From Candidatus Limenecus sp. (lineage in GTDB: Bacteria > Cyanobacteriota > Vampirovibrionia > Gastranaerophilales > Gastranaerophilaceae): 55,761 nucleotides of DNA. The stretch spans positions 1 to 55,761 of the forward strand of contig JAZSES010000224.1 in the NCBI GenBank assembly GCA_045531805.1, read 5' to 3'. Shown one piece after another: positions 8,807 to 16,298 of the stretch (the stretch's first letter is position 1; each line of letters begins with the position of its first letter). The notes beneath the pieces were generated by a model, which was not told the origin of the DNA, ran no database searches, and worked only from the letters and a program-made list of their open reading frames with translations. Position numbers and translations under genes: made by a program.

Positions 8807-8825
8807 TTGATATTATATTATATGA
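8807..8825 (-). promoter_or_regulatory. promoter-like box CATATAATATAATATCAAT (minus strand)
   Basis: Two overlapping TATAAT hexamers. The 14-mer CATATAATATAATA is identical to the box at 24378-24391 on the plus strand. Confidence 0.45.
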
Positions 8826-8887
8826 CTTTTTTGTTAAAATAATTCACTAATTTTAAAACTTATTTTACAAAACTTTATCTTTTTATA

Positions 8888-9196
8888 CTAAAATTCAATA
8901 TCATAGTAACTTTCTAGTAAATGTTTGGCTTGTGAGTCAATATACTCTGATATTATTATATCCATAGAATTACAATATCTAATAATTTCTAAATTAAACT
9001 CATCGCCTAAGTGATGCATTGCTATTCTTATGCAATTACGCATAACGTCTAGTTCTCTATCACCTTTATAGCATATACCATACAAGTGTAATGCTTCGTC
9101 TAACATTATTTGTTCTTTGTTTCGTGCTTTAGTTGCTTTCACTAGTTCTTTTGCTGTTGCAGATAAGTCTGAAATCTCTAGCTTCGCCATGCTCAT
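8888..9196 (-). CDS. hypothetical protein (102 aa)
   Basis: The ATG at 9196 is preceded by AAGGAGG. The upstream part of the track ORF lacks an RBS. Confidence 0.6.
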   Translation of the reverse strand: MSMAKLEISDLSATAKELVKATKARNKEQIMLDEALHLYGICYKGDRELDVMRNCIRIAMHHLGDEFNLEIIRYCNSMDIIISEYIDSQAKHLLESYYDIEF

Positions 9197-9974
9197 TACC
9201 TCCTTTGATAATATCGTACACATATTTTATATCGTCTAATGCTTTAACAACAAATCTTGTATCAAATACAAATGATGCGTTGTTTATCATATGCACTTCA
9301 TACATTATTTCATCTTCTATGCGTGCTTTCTGTGTCATAATCTTTTCAGGTCCAAATGTTAACCATTCCCAAGCTTTCTTCAACTCAAGAGATATATTCT
9401 CTTTTAATGTAGTTGCATCTAATGACATAAAGTATGCCAATAATCTCTCATCGCTGGTATTACGCATTGCGGGTCTATAATCAGCATAGGTATCTGTTGG
9501 GTCTAACATTACTATATGTCTGAATTGTCTTACTAATTCTTTCATCATAGTATATTCTGTGTTGCTAATCAATCTCTCAATCGCTTCAGTCACTAAATCA
9601 CGCAAGTCATCTTTAGTATATTCCATATCTTCAAATATACTTATGTTCACTGCCGAGCGTTGTGCACTTAAGCCACTGTCTTTTGTCTTTGTTTTGTTAA
9701 TGTTACGAAGTATATAGTTGTATTGTCCCCATCGAGCATTAAAGTCTTCAACAAATACTAACTTCAGCAAGTCTTCTGTCATTTGTTGTACATTAGATAT
9801 TGTACCAGATGTTAAGTCTTCTAATAAACTATCTGCTTTGGACTTAGAAGGTGATGACCCTCTAAAGTCCTTATCTCTACTGCTTGGTGCAGGTTTGCCA
9901 ACAGTATTAAATCTCTCATTATACTTATTCGCATCAAATATACTTATTTGTTTAACATGTTCTTTCTTTTCCAT
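9129..9974 (-). CDS. hypothetical protein (281 aa)
   Basis: Long ORF with AGGAG RBS. Its 3' end overlaps the next gene by 68 nt. Confidence 0.65.
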   Translation of the reverse strand: MEKKEHVKQISIFDANKYNERFNTVGKPAPSSRDKDFRGSSPSKSKADSLLEDLTSGTISNVQQMTEDLLKLVFVEDFNARWGQYNYILRNINKTKTKDSGLSAQRSAVNISIFEDMEYTKDDLRDLVTEAIERLISNTEYTMMKELVRQFRHIVMLDPTDTYADYRPAMRNTSDERLLAYFMSLDATTLKENISLELKKAWEWLTFGPEKIMTQKARIEDEIMYEVHMINNASFVFDTRFVVKALDDIKYVYDIIKGGNEHGEARDFRLICNSKRTSESN

Positions 9975-9982
9975 ATTTACTC

Positions 9983-10339
9983 CTATTTATAATCTTGTTG
10001 TAATTTAGTTATCAATTCGTTCATACATACTTGTTTATGCTCTGCCAACTTCTGTAGTCCTTTAACAATTAAACTTCTAGCGTCTCTTATTGCATCTAAA
10101 TCGTCAGCAAAGTCTGTAGCACCATATACATAATTGATATATTCCATCTCAAGCATACCAATATTATACTTATTTGGAAACTTCAAGAAGAACAATGCAA
10201 TATCATAAGTACTATCATCTGTTTGGTTTAAGTCTCTTAACTCACCTACTTGTATATATCCTGCATGGTACAATCTTTGTAAATCTTTTACGGTCAACTT
10301 CTCAATTGGTTTATTCATAATTAAATCTAAAATGTTCAT
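9983..10339 (-). CDS. hypothetical protein (118 aa)
   Basis: The ATG at 10339 follows AAGGAG, which avoids overlap with the upstream gene. Confidence 0.6.
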   Translation of the reverse strand: MNILDLIMNKPIEKLTVKDLQRLYHAGYIQVGELRDLNQTDDSTYDIALFFLKFPNKYNIGMLEMEYINYVYGATDFADDLDAIRDARSLIVKGLQKLAEHKQVCMNELITKLQQDYK

Positions 10340-10361
10340 ACTATATCTCCTTATTACTTTA

Positions 10362-10643
10362 TTAGAACCTATCTTCAATATACTCTATCTCTTTACCTTC
10401 TGGTTTCTCATCGAACCATGGGCTATGGTATGTTACACCATTCATTTCTAAGTCGTGTAGTGTTTCACGATAATTGCGTTCCGAGCTTTCACCTCTTATA
10501 CCCACAAACTTCTTAATGTCAGGTATACAGTTTCTCAACGTCTCTTCATCACTACAACTAAAGTAGAATGTATCATCGCTCATTGTACTATGAACAGTAA
10601 CATAATACTTTTCCTCTGTTTGTCTATCTTCGTTTATTAACAT
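10362..10643 (-). CDS. hypothetical protein (93 aa)
   Basis: The ATG at 10643 follows AAGGAGAG. The stop of the upstream gene lies at 10645. Confidence 0.6.
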   Translation of the reverse strand: MLINEDRQTEEKYYVTVHSTMSDDTFYFSCSDEETLRNCIPDIKKFVGIRGESSERNYRETLHDLEMNGVTYHSPWFDEKPEGKEIEYIEDRF

Positions 10644-10644
10644 A

Positions 10645-11394
10645 TTACTCTCCTTCAACATTTAATTTATCGTACAAGTTATTATATCGTATTGGTTGTC
10701 CATCACTATCAAAGTAAGGTATGATACTATATAGTGCATCGCCTCCTTCCGACACTTCTAAGTATGCATTCGCCCATTCACTGAATGTCCACATCTCCCA
10801 CTCATTTGGGTGTATGTGATACATAGCACACATTAGCGATGGGTCACCTTCTTTCGCTTTAGCACGCAACCACTCCCATCTATATTGTTCTAAAGGTTTG
10901 TTTATCTTAGTCTTTGACTTATATGTCGTGCCGTCCGCTTTAGTCACGGTCTTCCATTTGTGAGTTATCTTTAAGTCAAACAAATCATTTCTATCACGGG
11001 TTGCACCCTCACCCACTATCTCACCTAAATGGTTTCGTATTGCTGTTGCTTGTAATGCTTTTTGGAACTGCGAGTAGTAAAAGTCACTGCTCTTATTCTC
11101 ATAGTTATGCGTTCGATTTGCATCTGAGCGAGTGGGTTTAGTCATTACATGTGATTTACCAATATCGTCCCGAACTTTTGACATATTATGACTCTTACCC
11201 TTATCAGAACGCTCCTTACAATTTTTACTTCTAGGATTGCGGTCTGGCGGGTATTCATGTTGTTGGTTCTTATCGGTTCGTACTTTTCGTCCACTGCTAT
11301 GAAACCCTAACTCTCGTAATCTCGCGAGCAACTTCAACCTGTCGAGTTCGTCGGCGTCGTCTACTCTGTTTAGTCTGTCATCTTCACTTTCCAT
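10645..11394 (-). CDS. hypothetical protein with basic low-complexity N-terminal half
   Basis: 249 aa, GGAGG RBS. The N-terminal ~110 aa are R/K/D/S/N-rich with an internal duplication (DKGKSHNMSKVR / DIGKSHVMTKPTR). The C-terminal half looks globular and Trp-rich. Confidence 0.65.
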   Translation of the reverse strand: MESEDDRLNRVDDADELDRLKLLARLRELGFHSSGRKVRTDKNQQHEYPPDRNPRSKNCKERSDKGKSHNMSKVRDDIGKSHVMTKPTRSDANRTHNYENKSSDFYYSQFQKALQATAIRNHLGEIVGEGATRDRNDLFDLKITHKWKTVTKADGTTYKSKTKINKPLEQYRWEWLRAKAKEGDPSLMCAMYHIHPNEWEMWTFSEWANAYLEVSEGGDALYSIIPYFDSDGQPIRYNNLYDKLNVEGE

Positions 11395-11422
11395 TATTCC
11401 TCCAAATTTTAATACTATTGAT

Positions 11423-11580
11423 GAATAAATCTTAATTAAATAAATTCCATAGAATATAAGAATTTTATATATGACGTTTTATATATCGTTTATATATAGG
11501 TATATATGAATAAATTAAAAAATGATTACTTAGAATAATATTCTCATATTCCACGATATTTATTTATTTAAGATTTATTC
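11423..11580. repeat. long imperfect inverted repeat flanking tandem AT-rich iterons
   Basis: The left arm starts at 11423 (GAATAAATCTTAATTAAATAAAT...). The right arm ends at 11580 and its reverse complement is GAATAAATCTTAAATAAATAAAT.... The first 23 nt match 22/23 and the arms run about 41 nt. The centre at 11463-11510 holds TTTTATATATGACG, TTTTATATATCG, TTTATATATAGG and TATATATGAA. Confidence 0.7.
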
Positions 11581-11600
11581 CTCTTACTATATTATATTCC
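11581..11600 (-). promoter_or_regulatory. promoter-like box GGAATATAATATAGTAAGAG (minus strand)
   Basis: Near-identical to GCGAATATAATATATTAAGAG at 13647-13667 on the plus strand. Sits upstream of the 10645..11394 gene block. Confidence 0.45.
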
Positions 11601-11644
11601 CAGATTATTCTATTTTGTAACTTGTGCCGTTGGGCTCTAGTGAA

Positions 11645-11872
11645 TTAGTCATCGTAACCAAAGTCAGTATCTTTGTTTTCATGTACAAATTGTACAAGAG
11701 CCTCAGTGATACATTCTACAGTTTCAGGCATGAAAGGTAGTTCAATTGTTTGCGAACCCATAGTTATAGTAATATTTGTAGCATACAATTGGTCCATCTT
11801 CTCACTATTCTCAAATGCCTCACTTAGTTCTTTGTGAAATTCTTCTAATTGTTTCTTAATTTTGTCAATCAT
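11645..11872 (-). CDS. hypothetical protein (75 aa)
   Basis: The ATG at 11872 follows AAAGGAA. The ATG at 11896 has no RBS and lies inside GC-rich hairpins. Confidence 0.55.
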   Translation of the reverse strand: MIDKIKKQLEEFHKELSEAFENSEKMDQLYATNITITMGSQTIELPFMPETVECITEALVQFVHENKDTDFGYDD

Positions 11873-11934
11873 GTTTAATTCCTTTTGACCTGTCATCTTC
11901 AGGGGTAGTAGGTCATCTCTACCCGACGAGCATT

Positions 11935-12054
11935 TTACGCTCGTTTCGACTTATTCACTAATTCATCTAACTTCTCACACATCATTTGTGCAACTTGTGG
12001 AGTTAATACTTGTTTATATAAGTCTTTTACTTGCTTTGCGTCATCTTCACTCAT
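11935..12054 (-). CDS. small protein (39 aa), below the ORF-track cutoff
   Basis: Hand translation gives MSEDDAKQVKDLYKQVLTPQVAQMMCEKLDELVNKSKRA. AGAGGT lies 8 nt upstream, directly after the stop of gene 12056..12265. Confidence 0.4.
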   Translation of the reverse strand: MSEDDAKQVKDLYKQVLTPQVAQMMCEKLDELVNKSKRA

Positions 12055-12055
12055 A

Positions 12056-12265
12056 CTATTTTACCTCTAGCGTTAGTATTATTTCATCTTTATGTATAAC
12101 AAACACTTTATTTTGTTGAACATCAATAATTGTTTTATCACCATCATCAATAGTGATACTTGTGTCTTGTGCTTCTAACATATTGTCTACTAAGATACGC
12201 AAAGCGACAACTACATCATCATCCCAATCTTCTAATAATTTTGATACTAATTCTAATTTATTCAT
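12056..12265 (-). CDS. hypothetical protein (69 aa, acidic)
   Basis: ORF with AGAGGT RBS. Confidence 0.6.
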   Translation of the reverse strand: MNKLELVSKLLEDWDDDVVVALRILVDNMLEAQDTSITIDDGDKTIIDVQQNKVFVIHKDEIILTLEVK

Positions 12266-12341
12266 ATATACCTCTTTATTTGTTATTTTGTCAATATATT
12301 CGCGGCTAATAAGTTATTTAGTATAAAATAACCATGATAGG

Positions 12342-12602
12342 TTATTTTGTATATGACTGTTGAATAAGTCTCATATACTCATCAAAGTCATATTTGTCTA
12401 CTTCACCAAAGTGTTTTCTTTGATACTCTAATTTGTGTTTCAACTTCACTAAGTACATTCTATCTTCTTCAAGTTGTTTTTCTCTAAGATATTTCACACA
12501 GGCTCTAGTCATCTTAAAATTTGTTTTTGTTCTCTTAAAGCCTAAGTCATCATAATATTCAACTTCTTCAGCAGGAAAAAACTTTTTACCATTATAACTC
12601 AT
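12342..12602 (-). CDS. hypothetical protein (86 aa)
   Basis: ORF with AGAGG RBS. Confidence 0.6.
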   Translation of the reverse strand: MSYNGKKFFPAEEVEYYDDLGFKRTKTNFKMTRACVKYLREKQLEEDRMYLVKLKHKLEYQRKHFGEVDKYDFDEYMRLIQQSYTK

Positions 12603-12606
12603 TTAC

Positions 12607-12789
12607 TTATGCCTCTGAAACTACTTGCCAAAAGTTGATATCATTGTAAAATATAGTAGTTTCAACATTATTAATTTTTGTATATGTAATAAAGTTTTTG
12701 TCATCAATGTCATCTTCATGTACTAAATAGTCTAGGATTGGTACAATTTTCTTAATACCATTTTTTAATATAATTACTAAATATTTCAT
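12607..12789 (-). CDS. hypothetical protein (60 aa)
   Basis: ORF in the same-strand block with a weak RBS. Confidence 0.45.
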   Translation of the reverse strand: MKYLVIILKNGIKKIVPILDYLVHEDDIDDKNFITYTKINNVETTIFYNDINFWQVVSEA

Positions 12790-12854
12790 ATTAACTCACT
12801 TTTAATTTTTTTTTTTTACAAAATATCTATTTTTGTATTTATTTCAATATTCTA

Positions 12855-13259
12855 TTATTTCTTAAGAAACTCAATATATCTCTCTACACTTCTAATGTGT
12901 TCTAATTTCTCTTCTTCACTTAGTTTAGATACATCTACTTTGAAGTTAGGTTTTTCAATATATCTTTTCTTTGCATTTTCTTTTATTTCATCAATTTCTC
13001 TTTGTAGTTCTTCAATTCTTAGTTTTTCTTCATTTGTCAATTCATACTTTGTAGATGTAGTTACAACTCTACCTTTGCACTCAATTTCATTCATACCATC
13101 TTTAAGTCTATTCAAACTTATCCAAGTTTGTCCATTACTCTCTAAACAATCTTTGATATATACAACTTCATTGTTAGGACCTTTTGATGCTTGTTTGTTT
13201 ATTTTTAATTCTACTCCATTATAATATACTTTATCTTCAATTCTTTCTAATTTTAACAT
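12855..13259 (-). CDS. hypothetical protein (134 aa), first gene of the minus-strand arm
   Basis: GGAGGT RBS. The C-terminal half is a Glu/Lys-rich coiled-coil type. Confidence 0.65.
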   Translation of the reverse strand: MLKLERIEDKVYYNGVELKINKQASKGPNNEVVYIKDCLESNGQTWISLNRLKDGMNEIECKGRVVTTSTKYELTNEEKLRIEELQREIDEIKENAKKRYIEKPNFKVDVSKLSEEEKLEHIRSVERYIEFLKK

Positions 13260-13427
13260 AATTCTAATACCTCCAAAACTTTATTTTATAATTATTAAAT
13301 TTAGAATAGAAATTATGAAATAAATACAAAAATATAATATTAAATTGTTAAAGTTCAATATAATATAAATAATATTTTAATTAAAAATTTTATTTTAATT
13401 AACTTATTTATTATTACAAAACTGGTA

Positions 13428-13576
13428 GCTTGAACTATATTAAAAATTGCACACCCGGGGTCGATATCGAAATGCGGTATATTAGAAATTATGAGTCTGG
13501 GCGCTGAAATTCTACTGAAAATCTAAGACCTTGCTTGAACCATATTAAACATTATAAATATACGCGTACGCGCGCG
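13428..13576. repeat. paired direct repeats plus GC-rich islands upstream of terminase (candidate pac/cos or origin)
   Basis: GCTTGAACTATATTAAAAATT (13428-13448) and GCTTGAACCATATTAAACATT (13533-13553) are 105 bp apart. Each is followed by a GC island. The first contains CCCGGG plus the palindrome TCGATATCGA (13461-13470). The second is an 18-nt strictly alternating Py-Pu tract, TATACGCGTACGCGCGCG (13559-13576). Confidence 0.6.
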
Positions 13577-13602
13577 AGGGCTCACATATATTTTTCTAAA
13601 AT

Positions 13603-13667
13603 TTTTTGACAAAAATACTTAACTAGTATCATTATTCTCAAAGAAAGCGAATATAATATATTAAGAG
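13603..13667 (+). promoter_or_regulatory. late-arm promoter region: TTTTTGACAA box plus GAATATAATATATTAAGAG box
   Basis: TTGACA at 13606-13611 and TATAAT at 13652-13657, with a 40-nt gap. Immediately upstream of the terS RBS GAGGAGG. Confidence 0.45.
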
Positions 13668-13686
13668 TCCGAGAGGAGGTAAGGAA

Positions 13687-14139
13687 ATGACAAAAGCTGA
13701 ACGTGAATTATGCGAGTATAAAAGTACATTTACTGATAAGCGCTATGCTGAAAAAGCATTTAAAGCAATAATCAATGCTTCATTGCAGTCCGACGCAGGT
13801 CCGTTACCTACAATGTATGATAAACAAGGTAATGAACTTCCACAGAGTACTTTAGATAGACAAGCATATGAAAATGTTAAAAGAAGATTGTTAGCTCAAG
13901 GTATTGACCGTGAGCCGCAACAAGCTGAAATGATGATAGAGAATGCTATATTGCGTGCCCGTTTTGATAACTCAACGTTTAATACTATGTTAGAGAGAAC
14001 GATGGGTAAAGTTAAAGACGAATTAGTTGTGTCAGCCAATGAGTATGAGACTATGACTGATGAAGAACTTGACTTGTTAGCAGCACACCGTGAGAAACAG
14101 AAGTTACTAGCTAATAATGAGCCGAACGAAGGAGAATAA
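13687..14139 (+). CDS. terS: putative terminase small subunit
   Basis: 150 aa. Called by position directly upstream of, and adjacent to, the large terminase. First gene of the late arm. No motif recognised. Confidence 0.5.
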   Translation: MTKAERELCEYKSTFTDKRYAEKAFKAIINASLQSDAGPLPTMYDKQGNELPQSTLDRQAYENVKRRLLAQGIDREPQQAEMMIENAILRARFDNSTFNTMLERTMGKVKDELVVSANEYETMTDEELDLLAAHREKQKLLANNEPNEGE

Positions 14140-14140
14140 G

Positions 14141-15937
14141 ATGATAACATTAAAAGAATTACAAGATGAATTTGGTTATCCTATATTGTCCAGCAGCGAG
14201 GTTAATGCGATACGAAACCACACAATCAATTGGGAAGGTTTAGACGGTGAGATAGCTCGACGTAAGATACTTAAAAGTTATCCTGCTTATCTACAAGCCT
14301 CAAACTTTGGTTATCAAATGACAGCATATCATTACAGTTTAGCTGCGAATTTGCAGAGAAACTATGAGAAAGGACCAAATCCTGGAATGCCGTATGGATT
14401 GATATTGTTATCAGCGCCACCGCAAACAGGAAAATCGCACAGTGTTACTGAGAGCTTCCAAAGTTGGGTACTGGCTAAGAACCCTAGATTGAGCGTATTG
14501 ACACTAGGTTATGAGTCTACGTTTGCTAGTAGATTTGGTCGACGTAACAGAGAGAAGTTTAGTGAATGGGCACCAAGATTAAGCCATAATAAAATAAAGT
14601 TGCACGATAAGATACAGAGTACTGAGACATGGGAAACTATGACAATGGACCCTGTAAACGGTGTATGGGTTTCTGCCAATGGTGGTATGAGTACTGCCGG
14701 TATGGGTGGTCCAGTAACTGGTAAAACTGGTAACGTAATCGTTGTAGACGACCCGATTAAGAACATGCAGGACGCTGATAGTGAAACTAAAATTGTTACA
14801 AATATTGAGTATTTCCAATCTGTTATTGAAACACGTCTTTTAGGTAACCCAGGTTCTCTTTGTATTGTTATGTGTACAAGATGGGTTGTAAATGACTTAA
14901 TTGGATGGTTGCGTAGAAACAGAAAGAAATATATTGTTGGTGACTATAACTATGCGGCTAAGTGTACAGAAGCAAATAAAATGTCTGACCCACTAAAAAG
15001 AGAGGTTGGTGAAGGTATTTGTCCGGAGATGGGTAAAGACGCAAACTGGGCAAACGTTATTGAAGAGTCGTACACAGCATCACAAGGTGGTCACGTATTT
15101 AATGCATTGTTCCAAGGTAATCCAACAAATGAATTAGGAAACTTATTCAGAATGGACGACTGGCAAGAGTACGAGATTGATAAAATATGGAACCGACCTG
15201 AAGAACTTGACAGAATATATTTGTCAATTGACGCTACGTTTAAGGACAAAGATACCAGTGACTTCGTTGCTATGAAGGTTGGTGGTATAAAGCAAGGTAA
15301 TGACTACTTGCGTTATCTTGTTAGAAAACGACTGGATTTACCAGACACGTTAGACAAGATTATTAAGATATATAAAATGTTTCCAATCATAGACGTGATC
15401 TATATAGAAGATAAAGCCAATGGTCCAGGTATTGTGTCAATTATTAGAAAATGGAGACACAAACTTGGTATACCAGAAAAAGACTTTCCTTCTGTATATG
15501 CAATAGAACCAGAAGGTGGTAAGTATACCAGAGCGCAAACAGCGAGTGCTTATCAACGTAATGGTCGTTGCTATATACCGTGTGAAAAAGACGCGCATAG
15601 ATTAAGTTCACCTGATGACTTTGAGTGGGAAGAGAAAGACCTAAGCTATACACATTGCTTTAAACAAGAGTTAGGTACATTCCCATTTGCAGCAAACGAT
15701 GACTTAGTTGACGCGCACTCTCAACAGATTATAAGATGCATGAAGTTGTTGGACGGCGAAGAGAAGGCTGATAAGAGGCCACAGCGCTTCACCAGATATT
15801 CAAACTGGTGGCCAGAGATGTGGGCCGATTATAGAGCATTGAAAGACCCGAAAGACAAAGATGCTTTTGTTAGAATGCACGGAGCGCCTATTGAGTGGAA
15901 ACCTAAAGACGAGGGTGGAACTTATGGAATCGTGTAA
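14141..15937 (+). CDS. terL: terminase large subunit
   Basis: 598 aa from the ATG at 14141, which follows GAAGGAG. Walker A is SAPPQTGKSH and Walker B-like is NVIVVDDPIK. The C-terminal nuclease-type region carries acidic residues (IYIEDKANG, NDDLVDA). Confidence 0.85.
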   Translation: MITLKELQDEFGYPILSSSEVNAIRNHTINWEGLDGEIARRKILKSYPAYLQASNFGYQMTAYHYSLAANLQRNYEKGPNPGMPYGLILLSAPPQTGKSHSVTESFQSWVLAKNPRLSVLTLGYESTFASRFGRRNREKFSEWAPRLSHNKIKLHDKIQSTETWETMTMDPVNGVWVSANGGMSTAGMGGPVTGKTGNVIVVDDPIKNMQDADSETKIVTNIEYFQSVIETRLLGNPGSLCIVMCTRWVVNDLIGWLRRNRKKYIVGDYNYAAKCTEANKMSDPLKREVGEGICPEMGKDANWANVIEESYTASQGGHVFNALFQGNPTNELGNLFRMDDWQEYEIDKIWNRPEELDRIYLSIDATFKDKDTSDFVAMKVGGIKQGNDYLRYLVRKRLDLPDTLDKIIKIYKMFPIIDVIYIEDKANGPGIVSIIRKWRHKLGIPEKDFPSVYAIEPEGGKYTRAQTASAYQRNGRCYIPCEKDAHRLSSPDDFEWEEKDLSYTHCFKQELGTFPFAANDDLVDAHSQQIIRCMKLLDGEEKADKRPQRFTRYSNWWPEMWADYRALKDPKDKDAFVRMHGAPIEWKPKDEGGTYGIV

Positions 15938-16298
15938 TTGTAATAATTGTAAAAAGAAAAATAACCAGAAACATAAGAAGAGTCTTTGGCAAAAAACTAA
16001 AGATTTCTTCAAAGCTATTCTGGTGAAGCTAAATGACTGGACGAACGTAATAATCTACCTATTTGTACTAATAGTGTTCTTCCTACCGTGTATCTTGGCC
16101 TTTATATGGCCAAGTAAAACACTAGTTGCTATTGCTGTTGCGTATTTTGCATTTTGGGCTGGACCGATAACTCCCGCAATGCCAATACAATTCGCAATAA
16201 CATTTGGAATACGTGCCTTATTGAACAAGTTGTTTCCAAGATTGAAAACAAGACGACCTATATTTAAGAAAAACAAGGAGGAATTAAAGAATGAGTAA
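15924..16298 (+). CDS. small integral membrane protein between terminase and portal
   Basis: 124 aa from the ATG at 15924, which follows GAGGGTGGA. Basic Cys-rich N-terminus (MESCNCNNCKKK) followed by 2-3 hydrophobic helices (VIIYLFVLIVFFLPCILAFIW, LVAIAVAYFAFWAGPI). Confidence 0.55.
   Translation: MESCNCNNCKKKNNQKHKKSLWQKTKDFFKAILVKLNDWTNVIIYLFVLIVFFLPCILAFIWPSKTLVAIAVAYFAFWAGPITPAMPIQFAITFGIRALLNKLFPRLKTRRPIFKKNKEELKNE

Noticed and set aside
12806-12817. A 12-nt homopolymeric T run as a slippage or phase-variation site.
   Set aside because: It lies in a short intergenic spacer between two minus-strand genes, not in a coding region. It is most simply an AT-rich spacer or part of a weak terminator or UP-like element.
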